Origin: Anolis carolinensis
Lineage: Eukaryota
Assembly (NCBI RefSeq): GCF_035594765.1
Contig: NW_026943820.1
Coordinates: forward strand, 10,052,647-10,116,646
Direction: 5' to 3'
Length of the DNA: 64,000 nt
A program made the position numbers and the translations under genes. Shown here one piece after another: positions 1-12,782 of this stretch. Position 1 is the stretch's first letter; every line of letters begins with the position of its first letter. The notes beneath the pieces are model-generated. The model worked only from the letters and a program-made list of their open reading frames with translations, made no database searches and was not told the origin of the DNA.

Positions 1-1640
1 TTTACTTTGGAAAATTTAAAAACCTTTTCAATTGTTTTTTTTATGGCTCATTAATTCCTAAACGTAGTTGGGGAGAGGAAAGTTTGTAAAAAGTTAAGAT
101 AAATCTTTTCTCTTAAAATTAGTATTACAGATTGTTAAATACATCCAGGTTTTGCTTGACTAGATTTGGATTTCAGTCATTGTTTGGATATACTGGTTTA
201 TGCTATGAAACTCTGGAAGATGCTGAGGTGAAAGGAGCAACCTTATCCTTGCAACAGGCAGATAATTTGTTTTTGCTCTCTAGCCACTTTCTTCCAAATG
301 TTTGCTGTCAGGGAATCACTATTTCCTGGAACTTTAAAACTTTCTCCAAGTATTTTCAAGAAAAGTGACTTAGCATTTTACACAGATAATTCCTTTAGAT
401 TGGCATTCAAATAAGCTGCAGATGTATGTTAACGCTGACCATCTTGACCGAAATTCTAGATGGCCAAGGTTCTGTTATATATTTCTCCTGCTGAGATTCA
501 ATTGAAATTTCACTATTTAATCTTGTTAAAAGTCATCACACAGCTAAGTACAGATATGTTTTCCAAACTGTATCCCTTGAACAGAGCCGGGTGACCTCAT
601 TATTATTATTTTTGCATGTATTTGGAGCAAGAAACGTTTAAAAGGAAACCCCTGAATTGATTTTAACTGCGAATACCAAATAAAGCATGATAAACATCAG
701 AACAGAATCTCACATCTTGAAACACATTGTTTCTTCTCCAATACTTATCTGTTACAGACAGACTGGAAAAAATTGTCCCACTGCCATGCTGGAACCAGAA
801 ATTAAACTACAAAGCATACACATCTGTAAACCAGCTGAGGACTTGAAATGCTTTTTCTTTGTTTTTTAATTCTTTAGACTCTTAGAAACCATTGTGTTTT
901 GGCATCACCCGGTCAACTGTCCTTTTGGAGAAGATTAAAAAGCACTTTCAAATATTTTCTTGCCTGACGAACTGGTTTATTGCACCTTTCAAATAAAGAG
1001 TGGTAGCGTGGAAACACATCACTGCTGTTGCTTCGTCCTAAACACCAAAAACTCTAATGCAAAACCATGTTTATATTAATTTTGCTCCTCACATCAAACA
1101 AATAGCAGGAATGTGCTCAAAGTTTTACAGGAGGTTTACTTTTCCCTTATTTTCAAATAAAAGGAGTGGGAATGAATGATATTTATGATGTGCAGATGTA
1201 AGCCTAAGGAGTCCAGCTAATCAACATTAACTAGTACTTTCCATCATGCTGAACTAGTCAGTTGTATCCAGATGTAGCAGGAAACCATGGCTTACCAAAT
1301 ACAATGAGTCTAGAAATCATACATTTCCTCCTTCCCTCCTTTTGTGCTAGATAGGACACATATGCAAATACAAAGACAGTTCCCACTTTTGATTTTAAAC
1401 CAAACAGACTCTCTCACAATGGCCAGTGCCATTTGGTCTAACAATACTTTGTGAAAATTGCCAGGATCAACTAACTATGGTTTAAGCCTAGGTTTGTTTG
1501 TATTAACCATAGTTTAGGGTAACCACGATTTCCCAAACTTGGATGTTAACTAAGAAGTTGAAAAAGAAAAGAGGAACGAGCAGAATACTGAAGTCCAAGT
1601 CATGTGGAGGCTTCATGCAGCAAACATGTTTTTCTTTGAT

Positions 1641-1880
1641 GAAAGGAGATTCCACCTGAACATCAGGAAGATCTTCCTCACTGTGAGGGCTGTTCGACAG
1701 TGGAACTCTCCCCCGGACTGTGGTGGAGGCTCCTTCCTTGGAGGCTTTTAAGCAGAGGCTGGATGGCCATCTGTCGGGGGTGCTTTGAATGCGATTTCCT
1801 GCTTCTTGGCAGGGGGTTGGACTGGATGGCCCATGAGGTCTCTTCCAACTCTACTATTCTATGATTCTATGATTCTATGA
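1641..1880 (+). mobile_element. CR1 LINE 3' end, 5'-truncated
   Basis: Encodes the CR1 ORF2 C-terminus (ERRFHLNIRK...WNSLP...EAFKQRLDGHLSGVL), ends in an (ATTCTATG)n tail, and is near-identical to 54723-54950. Confidence 0.9.
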
Positions 1881-2666
1881 CTAAATCCAACTACTAAGTG
1901 AGATATTGTGATTTTGAACATGCCTTATCATTAATATAATTTCTCCAAGACAAGGAAATTAAAAGATTTTGATTCCTATTACTTTAATATGCCACTACCA
2001 GACAGAATAGCTAGCAAATTCTAACCACTGAAAATGGCAGGGCAATGTAGTCAATGTAGTCAAGGAAATTCCACCTGTCTATGAATGAACCCACCCTATT
2101 CACAAAACTCGACAATTTATGCTACTTTAGGGATTTGCATATGGCAGACAAGTAACTAGACAGATTAAGATATTTTAGTTTGAGCAGTACCCATGCAAAC
2201 AACAAAACCATGAAATTATTATGAAGTGAAAACAAGCAGGCTAAACAAAACTGTGGAAGAAAACACCTCAAATGCTTCAGAAAAAACCATTCAGAAGCCA
2301 GGTTCATCCAATACTTAAAGAGCTGTTGCTCTAGAAAATCTGGGATGAGGGGAACTATCTGAATGTTACCCAGATGGCCCAGTAATCAAATCTTTATGAC
2401 GTGATACTGGCCATGAAACTTTATGAAAAGGAGTTTTGGATTTCCATCCCTGGTTTAGTATTACTCCTCATAGTCACAGTTAGTTCTGACATCAAGATAG
2501 TTGAGTATTTTATGCATCTCCAAAACAGGTAAAAGAAGTGCCTGATGTTCTCTGTGCAAATGCTTGCAAGAAGAGTGAAGATATTCAATAAAACCTAAGT
2601 ACGCAATGTTTTTTCTCTGTCATATCCTCTATGCTGTTACGGCTTTTTCATGCTATTTTAGCCTAC

Positions 2667-2810
2667 CGTTGGCCTGTGGCTTGCTGCTCTTTCAATTGTA
2701 GGAGGGCTTCTTCAAATTCACTTTCCTTCTTCTGAATTTCACTCCTGAGCACTTCCACAGAATGTTCTAACTCTTCATTGTGTGCTTTTAGTGATTCAAT
2801 AACATTCTCT
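2667..2810 (-). CDS. RPGRIP1L: RPGRIP1L coding exon (about exon 6), coiled coil: ENVIESLKAHNEELEHSVEVLRSEIQKKESEFEEALLQLKEQQATGQR
   Basis: 144 nt, tttgtag acceptor and gtaggc donor, phase 2-2, frame continues from exon 4818-4926; resembles vertebrate RPGRIP1L. Confidence 0.92.
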
Positions 2811-4817
2811 CTACAAAGCAAGAAAACAACAATGTTCTTGGGTGTCACTAGCTGGGAGGCAGAAGACAAGTATACTTCTGTTCTTTACTAGAAGAAATGG
2901 AAATCATGGAAAGAATAGGGATAGGTTCCTTGGAGAATTTTTAAAGCTTTAAGAGGCATTTTTAACAACAGCTTTCAAAAATTGTATAAGACATTTGATC
3001 AGATTTTAAACTTGGTACTACTATCCTTGTAAGGCCTTGAAAAGTCAACTTCATGAGAGTTTCTAAGACATATTTAGGATATTAAGTTCTCAGAGATATT
3101 GAAAACCTTGTAATGCTTCTGAATATGAAATATGAATTGTTAAATTGACTGGAAGCATACTATGATTCACTTGTTTTCATGTACATTGTAGGTTATTAAG
3201 ATTTCCATCAGACATGGTTATTTTGGATTGAGAAATATACATGGAGTGTAAAATACTTGCATACCGTAAAGATATATTTTGAAAGGAAGCATAAAGACCT
3301 TTCAACATTTGATTATACTGTATACATGTTCTTTTCGGAAAGGCAGCTTATAAAAACTGCAAATGAATGGCTGGAGAAAAATACCTGCATATTTTAGAGA
3401 TGCATTTTAGAAGTAAACATAAAGACGTTTCAACATTTGATTATACAAATGCTGTTATTAACTTGCATAGCAATTGCATAATATGCAGTCCATCTTATGA
3501 GCAAGAAGATGATAGATTAAATGGAAAGCTTCATGTTCCGTGGTATCAAATCTGGAGTTAAAAAAAAAGGAGAGGAGCTGGAACTTGAAAGATTTCCCAG
3601 TTAAGCAAAGCTTTTATTGCCATTTTGTCTACCTCATGATGGACTGTTATGAGGAACGAGAGATTAAATGTTTTTTGCTCACTTTAGTTTGAACTGGACA
3701 GATCATATTCATAAATCTGATTCCTCTCACATGAGGAGTTCAAGATCTGTTGTACGTTTAAATCTTGACAACCAGGGCCTCAGAAAATGTTCAAGAGGAA
3801 AAAAAATAATTGAAGAACAGGCCAAATTTCAGAGGATAGAAAGTTATCAAAATCAAAGCCTCTACAAAATGGTAGATAGGGGTAACAAAATGACAGCGAA
3901 AGATGAAGATAGCAGCATATTTAGAGCATCTTATGTGAAGTCCTTATTTCCTAAAACATTATAAGCACAATTATTTTTTTAAATGTTCTTGAAGCAATCA
4001 GTGTGTTCCACTCCATTTATGGTGACAGCGTCTTGTTGTCTATCTTTACTACATTCCTCCTGCAACTATAAAAGTATATCTTTTGTTGAACTGAGTACAG
4101 TTGGCACCTATTAGCTATATAACAGCATATATCACCTCATGGGTTTATGTGACTATTTGCTATTGAAGGAGACCAACAGAGCTGTTTAACAGTGAGATCA
4201 AGCAAACTAAAAGTTTACTGCTTTGCAATAGTTTTATAAGAATTGGAGAGGATCACCTGACCTGTCCTGGGCCCAGGTATTATGAGGTTGTAAGAAAATG
4301 TTCCTTGAAACATGTTAACATTCATTAGTTTGAATGAAAAGATGGGATAATGAGGGCACTGGAAATGAGGGCACTTCATGACTACATCAGACTGCCAGCA
4401 AAAATGGGGACTTAAGACGACAAAATGTCTAATAAAGGTTGGTCCAATCACATGATCTTTCCATCCTTTTTCATGACTCAGATGGTCAGTCTCACTGTTT
4501 GTAGGAAGTTAAGAATATAAAATCCAACTCATATTCAAGATATAACAAATAATTGGGTGACTGAGGGGATATGAGTCAGGGTCTGCCTTGGGCACAATGG
4601 AATTGTTTTGAACTAGCTCAGCATCTTGCTGAGGAGCCAATAGGAAATTGATGTCCTCCAGGCTTCATTCTTCTATGTAAGAGTCAAAGTCTGATAGTTT
4701 TCATGAAAAGGCACATAGTAAGAGACTGTAAAGTATTTTGTAAGTTTAGTCAATTTTAACTGTTACAGCAATACTTGACAGGAGAACAACAACAAAGAAA
4801 AATCAAAAAAGACATAC

Positions 4818-4926
4818 AAGTTTCTTATCTCCGCCTTTGCTTCTTCAAGTAAGTTCTGCCCGTATTTTGGGGGCAAGGCTTGTGGGGATTTCAAAGCCTG
4901 GATGTCGATGTCCTGCAATCTCATTC
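4818..4926 (-). CDS. RPGRIP1L: RPGRIP1L coding exon (about exon 5): GMRLQDIDIQALKSPQALPPKYGQNLLEEAKAEIRNL
   Basis: 109 nt, ccttttag acceptor and gtatgt donor; KYGxxLLEEAxxEIRNL motif as in RPGRIP1L; phases fit both neighbours; missing from the ORF track. Confidence 0.9.
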
Positions 4927-5448
4927 CTAAAAGGTGGTGAATAGTTGATAAAAAGACAAAAGAATACTGAGTGAAAGGTAACGGACCATAAGAGAGAAAA
5001 AATAGGCAATAATGTAAGTAGGAAGGTTAAACATGATCACTCCTTGCTATAGTTATAATGTGTCCTTGAATACCATAAGAGCCTCAGTGCATTAGTATGG
5101 GAGAAGACAATCCCACCCACATATTTTCTTCAATAATCACAGAACAAAATGTTATCTCTAGGCATTTTCTACATCCTCCAGGATGACTGAATGAAGGAAA
5201 TGGCGAAAAAAATAATCTGTGCAACTCCTTGCCTCACAAGCCTGATCCAATTCATGGAGTCCCCAGAAATTGACAGATAATTTGCCTTTATACATATACA
5301 CATTATTTTAATCTTTGTTGTAAATGGTTTTAATTCTTTGGATAATAAGATTTTTAACTTTAATTTTACTTATTTGTTGGGTTTTCTAAACATTTACAAA
5401 TCACTTTGAGTCAAAATCTGGGTGACAGACAGGGTATTAACATGAGTT

Positions 5449-5484
5449 TGGTTAATACTTGGATGGGAAACCACCAGGTAATAC
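5449..5484 (+). pseudogene. Short 5S rRNA-derived fragment (3' half)
   Basis: tggttaatacttggatgggaaaccaccaggtaatac resembles 5S tggttagtacttggatgggagaccgcctgggaatac. Confidence 0.55.
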
Positions 5485-5665
5485 TTCACATTTCCAGGTA
5501 GGGCTTGGTATGAATCCTAACTGAAAGCCAGGAGAGCCATTGCTACCAGGATGTATGGACCAATACCAAAATCTGTACAGGTTAGTGTTCTTGGTGAGCC
5601 AATCTATATGTGGACTGCATTCACTATCAGAAAAGTATCTGAAATGAGTCACTTAAACCATATAC

Positions 5666-5964
5666 CTTTCTTGGCGCGCTCCTGAATCCCCACACTTTCT
5701 GCTGCTTTTCTGAGGCCTGTGTTAATGCGAGCCTGGACATAATGGTATGGCATGTGCCTGTGCCCTTGAAGCTGCAGCTGTTGCTTGGTTGAAATCAGCC
5801 TGTTGCGTATGCTTTCGTTTTGTCTCTCCAAATCCCGAACTTTCTCCTGGAGCTGCTCGATCACTTCCTCCATCTCGACATCCTGGCCTCGCCGCTTGGG
5901 GCCGCCACCAGCCTGTTCTGCTTTTTTCTTGTCGTTCACGAGGCGGATTAACTTGGTGGCCATC
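5666..5964 (-). CDS. RPGRIP1L: RPGRIP1L coding exon (about exon 4): [46 protein letters not shown]...RAKK
   Basis: 299 nt, poly-C tract plus caatag acceptor, gtatat donor; hallmark [13 protein letters not shown] sequence. Confidence 0.95.
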
Positions 5965-6000
5965 CTATTGGGGGGGGGGGGGGATGGGGGATAACACACA

Positions 6001-6191
6001 NNNNNNNNNNNNNNNNNNNNNNNNNNNNNNNNNNNNNNNNNNNNNNNNNNNNNNNNNNNNNNNNNNNNNNNNNNNNNNNNNNNNNNNNNNNNNNNNNNNN
6101 NNNNNNNNNNNNNNNNNNNNNNNNNNNNNNNNNNNNNNNNNNNNNNNNNNNNNNNNNNNNNNNNNNNNNNNNNNNNNNNNNNNNNNNNNNN
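6001..6191. other. Assembly gap (N run)
   Basis: Run of n. Confidence 1.
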
Positions 6192-7442
6192 CCTGTGAAG
6201 TTGTCTTTGAAGATAATTGAAACCACTGGGTAGCAATCTGCTTTATAGCACTGACAAATAACAGTTTCCTAAGGCTTATCATTTAAAGTTTAGTCAAGAG
6301 GGAGGGACGCATATTTACTCCATATGCTGCTCAAATGTGGAACGCATGACCTTCCCAAGGAACCCTGCACGCTGTTAAGTATAGTTACAGATTGGGGATG
6401 TGGTGGAGCGACGTATTAAAAGCTGTGGCCCCATACGATATTAAGCTATCCTACGCATGCTTACAATATGTAGCACATTCTCTTGATGTAGCGCTTCCAG
6501 TCTGGAGGGAGGGAGGGGGAGGTCACCTCTTCGTTCCAAAAACAAGTAGGTGGGCAGGCTCAAAGGCAGGCCCTTAATAGATCACGTCGCCTCGCTACAT
6601 CTTATGCTTAGCAAATAATACCAACATGCTTAAGAGAGGTTTAACAGTTAGCCGTGGGACATAATTGGATGCAGAAGGCATGGTTTTCATCTAACTTTAA
6701 AAGGATACAAATTTTGCTTTTGGCATCTCAAGAGTTGTACCTTTGATTTCTCTTAGTTTTGATAAACATGGGGAAGCCAGAACAAAAGGCAGAGGGGGCA
6801 GGCGGGGGTGATGTAATATACAAGAACAGAAAAACACTTCCAGCAATGATTCTCTTTCTTTTTCTCTTTCTTTTGAGGGGGGTGGGAATCAGGAGGGAGG
6901 GACTTGGCATACAAAGAAAGAAAAGGTGGCTTTGATGGAGGAGAGAAGTTCAAGACTTTACAAAATTGGTCGCACATCTTCAAGCGCCGAATCTACTTTT
7001 TAGGGAATCAATTTCTCGCAGGGGTCCAGACAGGAGTCTGGAAACAGAAACTTGCTTGATTTGTTTAAAATGGCTTCCTTTATTTAGGTAAAGCATGCTC
7101 ACAATATTTTTTTGTTTTAAAAAAGAAAATAATAGAAGTGTATACATGGAGGGGGGAACATTAATAACTTTGAGCTGTCAAAGAACAAGTCTACTTGTCT
7201 ATAAACTACAGTCTCTAATAGTCTGCTGAATTACAAAAAAAATTCTGTTTAGAAAAGGGGTCCTCATTAAAAGTCAACTGCCGTAGTAGCTAAAGATGGT
7301 TAAGCCTCAACCAAACCGCTTCTGATATCACACTGCTTCCAGTCTATAAAAAGTGAGAGACTGTAAACAGCTCTGTAGATGGAAAATTGGTCCAAACCAT
7401 CTTCCTTGTGCTGGCTAGGAATGCTAGGAATTATAATACCCA

Positions 7443-7580
7443 AACAAGACCTTTTAATTTTATCTTCTTGCTTATGAGCATGTTGTTTAAGTAAGAGGTT
7501 CTCTTCATGTAACAAGACCTTTTAATTTTATCTTCTTGCTTATGAGCATGTTGTTTAAGTAAGAGGTTCTCTTCATGTAA
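7443..7580. repeat. Perfect 68-bp tandem duplication covering the 3' end and donor site of RPGRIP1L exon 3
   Basis: 7443-7510 is identical to 7511-7578, followed by a 2-nt AA microhomology. Confidence 0.95.
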
Positions 7581-7657
7581 GCGAAGGTAGCGATCTTCCA
7601 GGTCCTCCCTGCTGATGCGTGAAACTGTTTGTCGAGCTTTTGCATTCTGCGCTGGTT
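7519..7657 (-). CDS. RPGRIP1L: RPGRIP1L coding exon (about exon 3): [47 protein letters not shown]
   Basis: 139 nt, ttttag acceptor and gtcttg donor, phase 1-2; conserved [31 protein letters not shown] motif. Confidence 0.93.
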
Positions 7658-7863
7658 CTAAAACATAAGGAAAGAGAGACAATTTGGATGAGGGTTATAT
7701 AGTTATTCAGAGTTATATCTCAAAGTTATTCATTCCAGATCTGGCTTTTGAAATCCCAAATTTGCTCTAAAATATCTGGCAAGAATACTAGAAGGGGAAA
7801 ATTAAGTTCACATACTTCTGGGGCCAAAAAGCTCAAAATGTGATCTTGGGAAAGTCTAATTTA

Positions 7864-8011
7864 GGCCCATTCTACACTGCCATAAAATCCAGATTATTAA
7901 GGCGGACAATCCACATCATCTGGTTTGAACTGGATTATATGAGTCTACACTGCCATATAATCTAGTTCAAAACAGATACTCTGGGTTTTATATGGCAGTG
8001 TAGATGGGGCC
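7864..8011. mobile_element. PIF/Harbinger-type palindromic MITE
   Basis: TIR ggccc..ctacactgccata / tatggcagtgtagatggggcc, flanked by TTA on both sides. Confidence 0.7.
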
Positions 8012-9925
8012 TTATATATCGGCCATCTAAACTATAATGCATCTTACTTAGAAGGTGAGAATCAAAATGTGCGGATTGCATTTTGCAGTAAAAATCCTGG
8101 AATCTGGACAAGATAAAATATGGGTTATACAAAAACTATTCTGATATTCTAATGTTTTTAAATATTTGTGCTTTACATGCAATCATAAATTGTTCTACAA
8201 CCTATGTGCATACAGCTTCCAAAAACAAATAAATATAATTTACTTTTCCCTACGAGCCATATCTAAAATCCAGTTGTTCCTTTCTCATTTATCTCCAAGT
8301 TTGACCTTCTTTAAGTTGAGGCTGGCTATCTGGGGTGTTATGAAAAGGTAGCGATTCATTCATTTTATTTATTTATTTAATGAACTGATATATTTTACTT
8401 CCATTGCAAGGAAAGAGAAGGCTTTGTTGGCTGTTAAAATAATATGGAAAGCTCTACGAAATTTGCTTGGGAGAACTTTGTCCGTCCTGACTCTTCTGGA
8501 TCATTCAAGTGTTGGGTTGGTTGGTTTGAAATTATCCAAAACTGACAACACCATCATATTCTGGAATCCAACAGATACACGAAGGCTGCACATCTGGCAT
8601 GAAAAAAGGGTTCCAAAGGAATCACAAAAAAGTAGGCAAACAGCCAAGTGAGATACTAGGGGAATATAAATCTAAAGCAGTGATGGGAAATATGTGGTCC
8701 TTCAGATGTTAGACTTGCATCCTGACCATTGGCTACACTGGCTTGGTCTGGTGGGAGTTGCAGTTCAACAATGTTTGGAAACCCACACAATTCCCAGCCT
8801 TGTGCTGAAGAAAGCATAAATGGTGTTGTCATTTGGGGTGAAGCTTCTTCTTACGGTGGCTGAATGAAGAGAAAATATTGTGGCGTAGGGCAGTTAAAAA
8901 CATAAAAGAACAGTTAGTCTAGCATTTCACACAATGGCCAGCCAGACATCTGAGCAGTTACATAGTGCCTTATCACTAGAGCTTAAAGAGCAGGCAAACA
9001 GTATGAATCCCATCCGAAATCATATGGTTGCCTCCTGCAGAATTCTAGTTTAGTGAAACCTATGATCTCACTAGCTGTGCATTTTTAAAGCCCCACCCTA
9101 AACTACAAGTCCCTGCAGAAGGCAGCCACAAGATTTCAGATGGGATCTTATTGACAGTTCTTTAATTTCATGTCATTTATACTGACTGAAAGGGTGAGGG
9201 ATACTTTTTGGATATTTTACTCCATGTGACAAAATAATTTGACAAAATGTCTTGGGCAAGTCATCTGTACTAACCAATACAGATGCTCAAATTGTAATAG
9301 AACATAGTCCTGGACCCTGGAAACTAATACAACATTTCTAATAATTTTCCATCTTTTACCATAGTATTAGTCTCTTCTGAATTTACACAGCTATATCTAA
9401 TTGGTCATGATATGTCCAAGTGGAAACTATAACTTACTGTAATTTTGTTTTGCTTTATAAAGGGAATGACAATATGAATATAAAAATGTCTCTTAATCCA
9501 AATGTTAACATATTTTCTGTTAAACATGTTTTTTTCATTAAATAAAGCTGGAAAACTGAAAAAAAAATGATTTCAGAGGGGATACATACTCTTTGCCTAC
9601 TTTTAAAGCTTTAGTGTGATCCCGGCCTAAGGGGTGTACAGTATTAGAAAGGTGTTAAAAGCTCATTTTCAGTTTATACTGCTATTATCCATAGAAGTTT
9701 CATGACTCAATAAGAAACTGCCTGGAAGTATGTTCTCGTTCACACCAGAAATGCTTCTCATACTTCACCCTGTGGTGAATAAGCGTGCTTTCATTACATC
9801 ATGACACTATGTTTCACAGTTCCCATTAACCTGGCCCTCACTGTGAATTTACTGAGAGAAGCAGTCTATAAACATGGGTGTTTTGCAGAGCAGATAGATG
9901 AAAAACTGTAAACAGCAATACAAAC

Positions 9926-10001
9926 CTTGAAACCCTCCTTGCCCTAGACCTACATCTCTCACTGGGAGGTCCTCTGATGTTTCATCTGCCGCAGCAGACA
10001 T
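9926..10001 (-). CDS. RPGRIP1L: RPGRIP1L first coding exon: MSAAADETSEDLPVRDVGLGQGGFQ; the exon probably extends 5' to about 10046
   Basis: ATG at 10001, DETxxDLPV motif as in the vertebrate N-terminus, donor g|gtttg in phase 1 joins 7657 in frame; candidate acceptor ctcatag at 10047-10053. Confidence 0.9.
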
Positions 10002-10249
10002 AGCTGAGCTCTGCATGCCTAAGTACAGATCATCTTTTTCTTTTGTCTATGAGCAAATTGGGGAGAAAAGCAAGTTAAAGTACATTATAAATTATATGAG
10101 AGCAAATGAAAGAGGAAGGTAATGATAGCTGCTTGAAGAACTCCCATTCCCATCACCACACACAGATTACATCAAGGCCATGAAGACGTTTGTCCAAAAG
10201 GTGACTTCATCTCAGGATATGCCTCTCTTAAGATCTTGTCCTATGATTG

Positions 10250-11515
10250 ATCTAAGTTACAGAATAATTAAAATACATAAACATTGTAAAAATACTATGA
10301 ATACACGTAATGAAATGTATTTCTATAAAAGATATATATGAAAATGAATTTCTATAAATACATGTTAAAATACACAAAACAAAGATTAAACACACATTTA
10401 AAATTCACGCTTAAAGACTGGCTAGGTAGGCCGCCAGAATAAATAGGTCTTAAGATGGTTTTTAAATTCTGACAGCTCATTTAGCTGTCAGAGCTCTTCT
10501 GGCAGGTCGTTCCACAGTTTTGGGGCGGCCGATGCAAAGGTCCTCTAGGTGACGGTGGACAGTCAAATTCTGGCTCGTTGGAGTAATTGCTCCTTTGAGG
10601 ACCTAAGTGTTCGGGATGGACTGTACGGAAGAAGGCGATCCTTTAGGTAACCTGGACCTAAACCAGGTAGGGCTTTAAAGGTCAAAACCATCACCTTGTA
10701 CTTTGCCCAGAAACTAATTGGCAGCCAGGGGAGTGACTTTAGGATGGTGTACTAGATGGTCCCATAAACAATCTGGCTGCTGTATTTTGAATTAACTGGA
10801 GTGTCCGAACTTGGTACAAAGATAACCCAATGGCAAGCATCTCTGATACTCTCACCTCTGCAGGAGTCTACTGTATACTATGCAGCTGTGGACAAGTCTA
10901 CATAGGGACCAACAAATGCAGCATTGCCCAAACATGAATCAAGGAACATGAAAGGCACGGCAGACGAACTCAACCAGAGAAGTTAGCCATAGCAGAGCAC
11001 TTGATGAAGCAACCTGGATACAGTATATTATTTAAGAACACAGAAATGCTGGACCACTCTAACAACTACCATGTCAGACTACAGAGGGAAGCCATTGAAA
11101 TCCACAAGCATGCGGGCAATTTCAACAGAAAGAAAGAAACCATGAAAATGAACAAAATCTGGCTACCAGTATTAAAACACTCTAAAGGCTATTCAATGCT
11201 AATCAAGTTGGACAACTGCAACGTTCACACTTGCTTCAGGCAGACAAGAGTTTTCTCCCTCCCTGGACATTCCACAGATATATAAACCCCACTTGCCTAG
11301 TTTGCAACACCTCACAACCTCTGAGGATGCCTGCCACAGATGTGGGCGAAACATCAGGAGAGAATTTTTCTGGAACATTGCCAAACAGCCTGGAAAACTC
11401 ACAGCAAGCCTTTGACAACACACCTCTGTTTTGTCTGGATTAAGTTTCAGTGTGTTTTTCCTCATCCAGCCCATTACCTCCTCCAGACATTCATTCAGAG
11501 GGGACAAGCTATCCT
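10250..11515 (-). mobile_element. Degraded L2-clade LINE, interrupted by a Penelope fragment
   Basis: 10430-10830 resembles the L2 ORF2 C-terminus; 11420-11510 encodes CLEEVMGWMRKNTLKLNPDKTEV, a late RT motif. Confidence 0.7.
10860..11420 (+). mobile_element. Penelope-like element 3' fragment (GIY-YIG endonuclease region plus terminal repeat)
   Basis: Reads GVYCILCSCGQVYIG...AIAEHLMKQPG...VRLQREAIEIHKH...NFNRK, followed by cctctgaggatgcctgccacagatgtgggcgaaac. Confidence 0.85.
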
Positions 11516-11649
11516 TAGTTAAGACTGTTTTGGAAGGCAGGAGACATATATTTAGGTGTCAGCAGTGTACTGATAACATCCTGTCCCATGACAATGGATG
11601 ATCTCTTCCATATGGCTGGAATTACAATTAAAAGATGTAGTTGGAACCA

Positions 11650-11699
<50 letters not shown>
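11650..11699. repeat. (AAT)n microsatellite, tail of an L2-type 3' end on the minus strand
   Basis: Seen directly. Confidence 0.95.
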
Positions 11700-11700
<1 letters not shown>

Positions 11701-11913
11701 TTTATTCTTGCATCCCACCCCATCTCCCTGAGGGGACTCGGGGAAGCTTACGTGGGGACTAAGTCCAGTAATACACAACAGAGTACATCAACATAGGTAC
11801 ATTTAACTAATAACATTTAAAAGCATAAAACATCTGACAAAATCAATAAAAGCAACTCAACAAGCCTCAGTGAGCGTATTCAGAAATTGGAGGCAGGCGG
11901 TTAAAAATACATA

Positions 11914-12327
11914 CCGTGTTTCCCCGAAAATAAGACAGTGTCTTATATTAATTTTTGCTCCCAAAGATGTGCTAGGTCTTATTTTCAGGGGATGTCTTAT
12001 TTTTCCACGAAGAAGAATTCACATTTATTGTTGAACAAAAAAATTAACATTTATTATATATTGTACAGTAGTTGTCATCACAAACCAGCATAACCAAACT
12101 GTGAATCCTATCAAGAATTTCTTGTTATTACCATTATTTCCATGTACAAGACTCTATGATATGTACATTTACCAATCCCGCATGCTCTGGTGTTCTGTTC
12201 GGTGGGCATGCTTCCAAACAAAGACTTTGCTAGGTCTTACTTTCGGGGGAGGTCTTATATTTAGCAATTTAGCAAAATCTCTACTAGGTCTTATTTTCCG
12301 GGGATGTCTTATTTTCGGGGAAACAGG
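11914..12327. mobile_element. Tc1/mariner-superfamily (Tc2/pogo-like) MITE
   Basis: TIR ccgtgtttccccgaaaataagac / gtcttattttcggggaaacagg; second copy at 16482-16890. Confidence 0.8.
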
Positions 12328-12429
12328 ATATGTGCAATAACTGACAGAACACTGATGAGATGGACCAGAGTAAAGTGCAGTAGCTATGTATAGGTAGAGA
12401 CATGGACACCGTCAGATTATACCAAATTA

Positions 12430-12768
12430 GTCAAAAGCACATTAACATAGCCAGGTTTTCAGATTCTTCCAGAATGTGGCCAGGGTAGGAGCTAGTCTTA
12501 TATCTCTTGGGAGGGAGTTCCAGAGTTGGGGGGCCACCACGGAGAAGGTCCTTTCCCTCGTCCCCACCAACCGTGTTTGGGACAGCAGTGGGAGCAAGAG
12601 GAGGGCATCCTTTGCCGATCTCAAGGATTGTGCAGGTTCGTAGTAGGAAATGCAATCAGAAAGATAAGCCGGACCTGAACCGTTTGGGGCTTTATAGGCA
12701 ATAATGAGCACCTTGAATTCAGACCGGAATCTTATCGGCAACCAGTGGGGCTACTTTAATAGGAGGGT
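12430..12768 (-). mobile_element. L2 LINE ORF2 C-terminal fragment
   Basis: LPIRFRSEFKVLIIAYKA..GSGPAYLSD..FSVVAPQLWNSLP..KTWL. Confidence 0.85.
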
Positions 12769-12782
12769 TATCCTATTAATAG

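Noticed and set aside
130-530. Possible further RPGRIP1L exon
   Set aside because: The minus frames I read stop within about 40 codons and do not resemble the expected next exon (SNIRDNVEMIKL...)
5649-6282. Long ORFs crossing 6001-6191, and likewise 17010-17353
   Set aside because: Artefacts of translating through N gaps; only 5666-5964 is exonic
7300-7515. [25 protein letters not shown]... as a separate gene or exon
   Set aside because: It is the duplicated 68-bp unit read on into the intron
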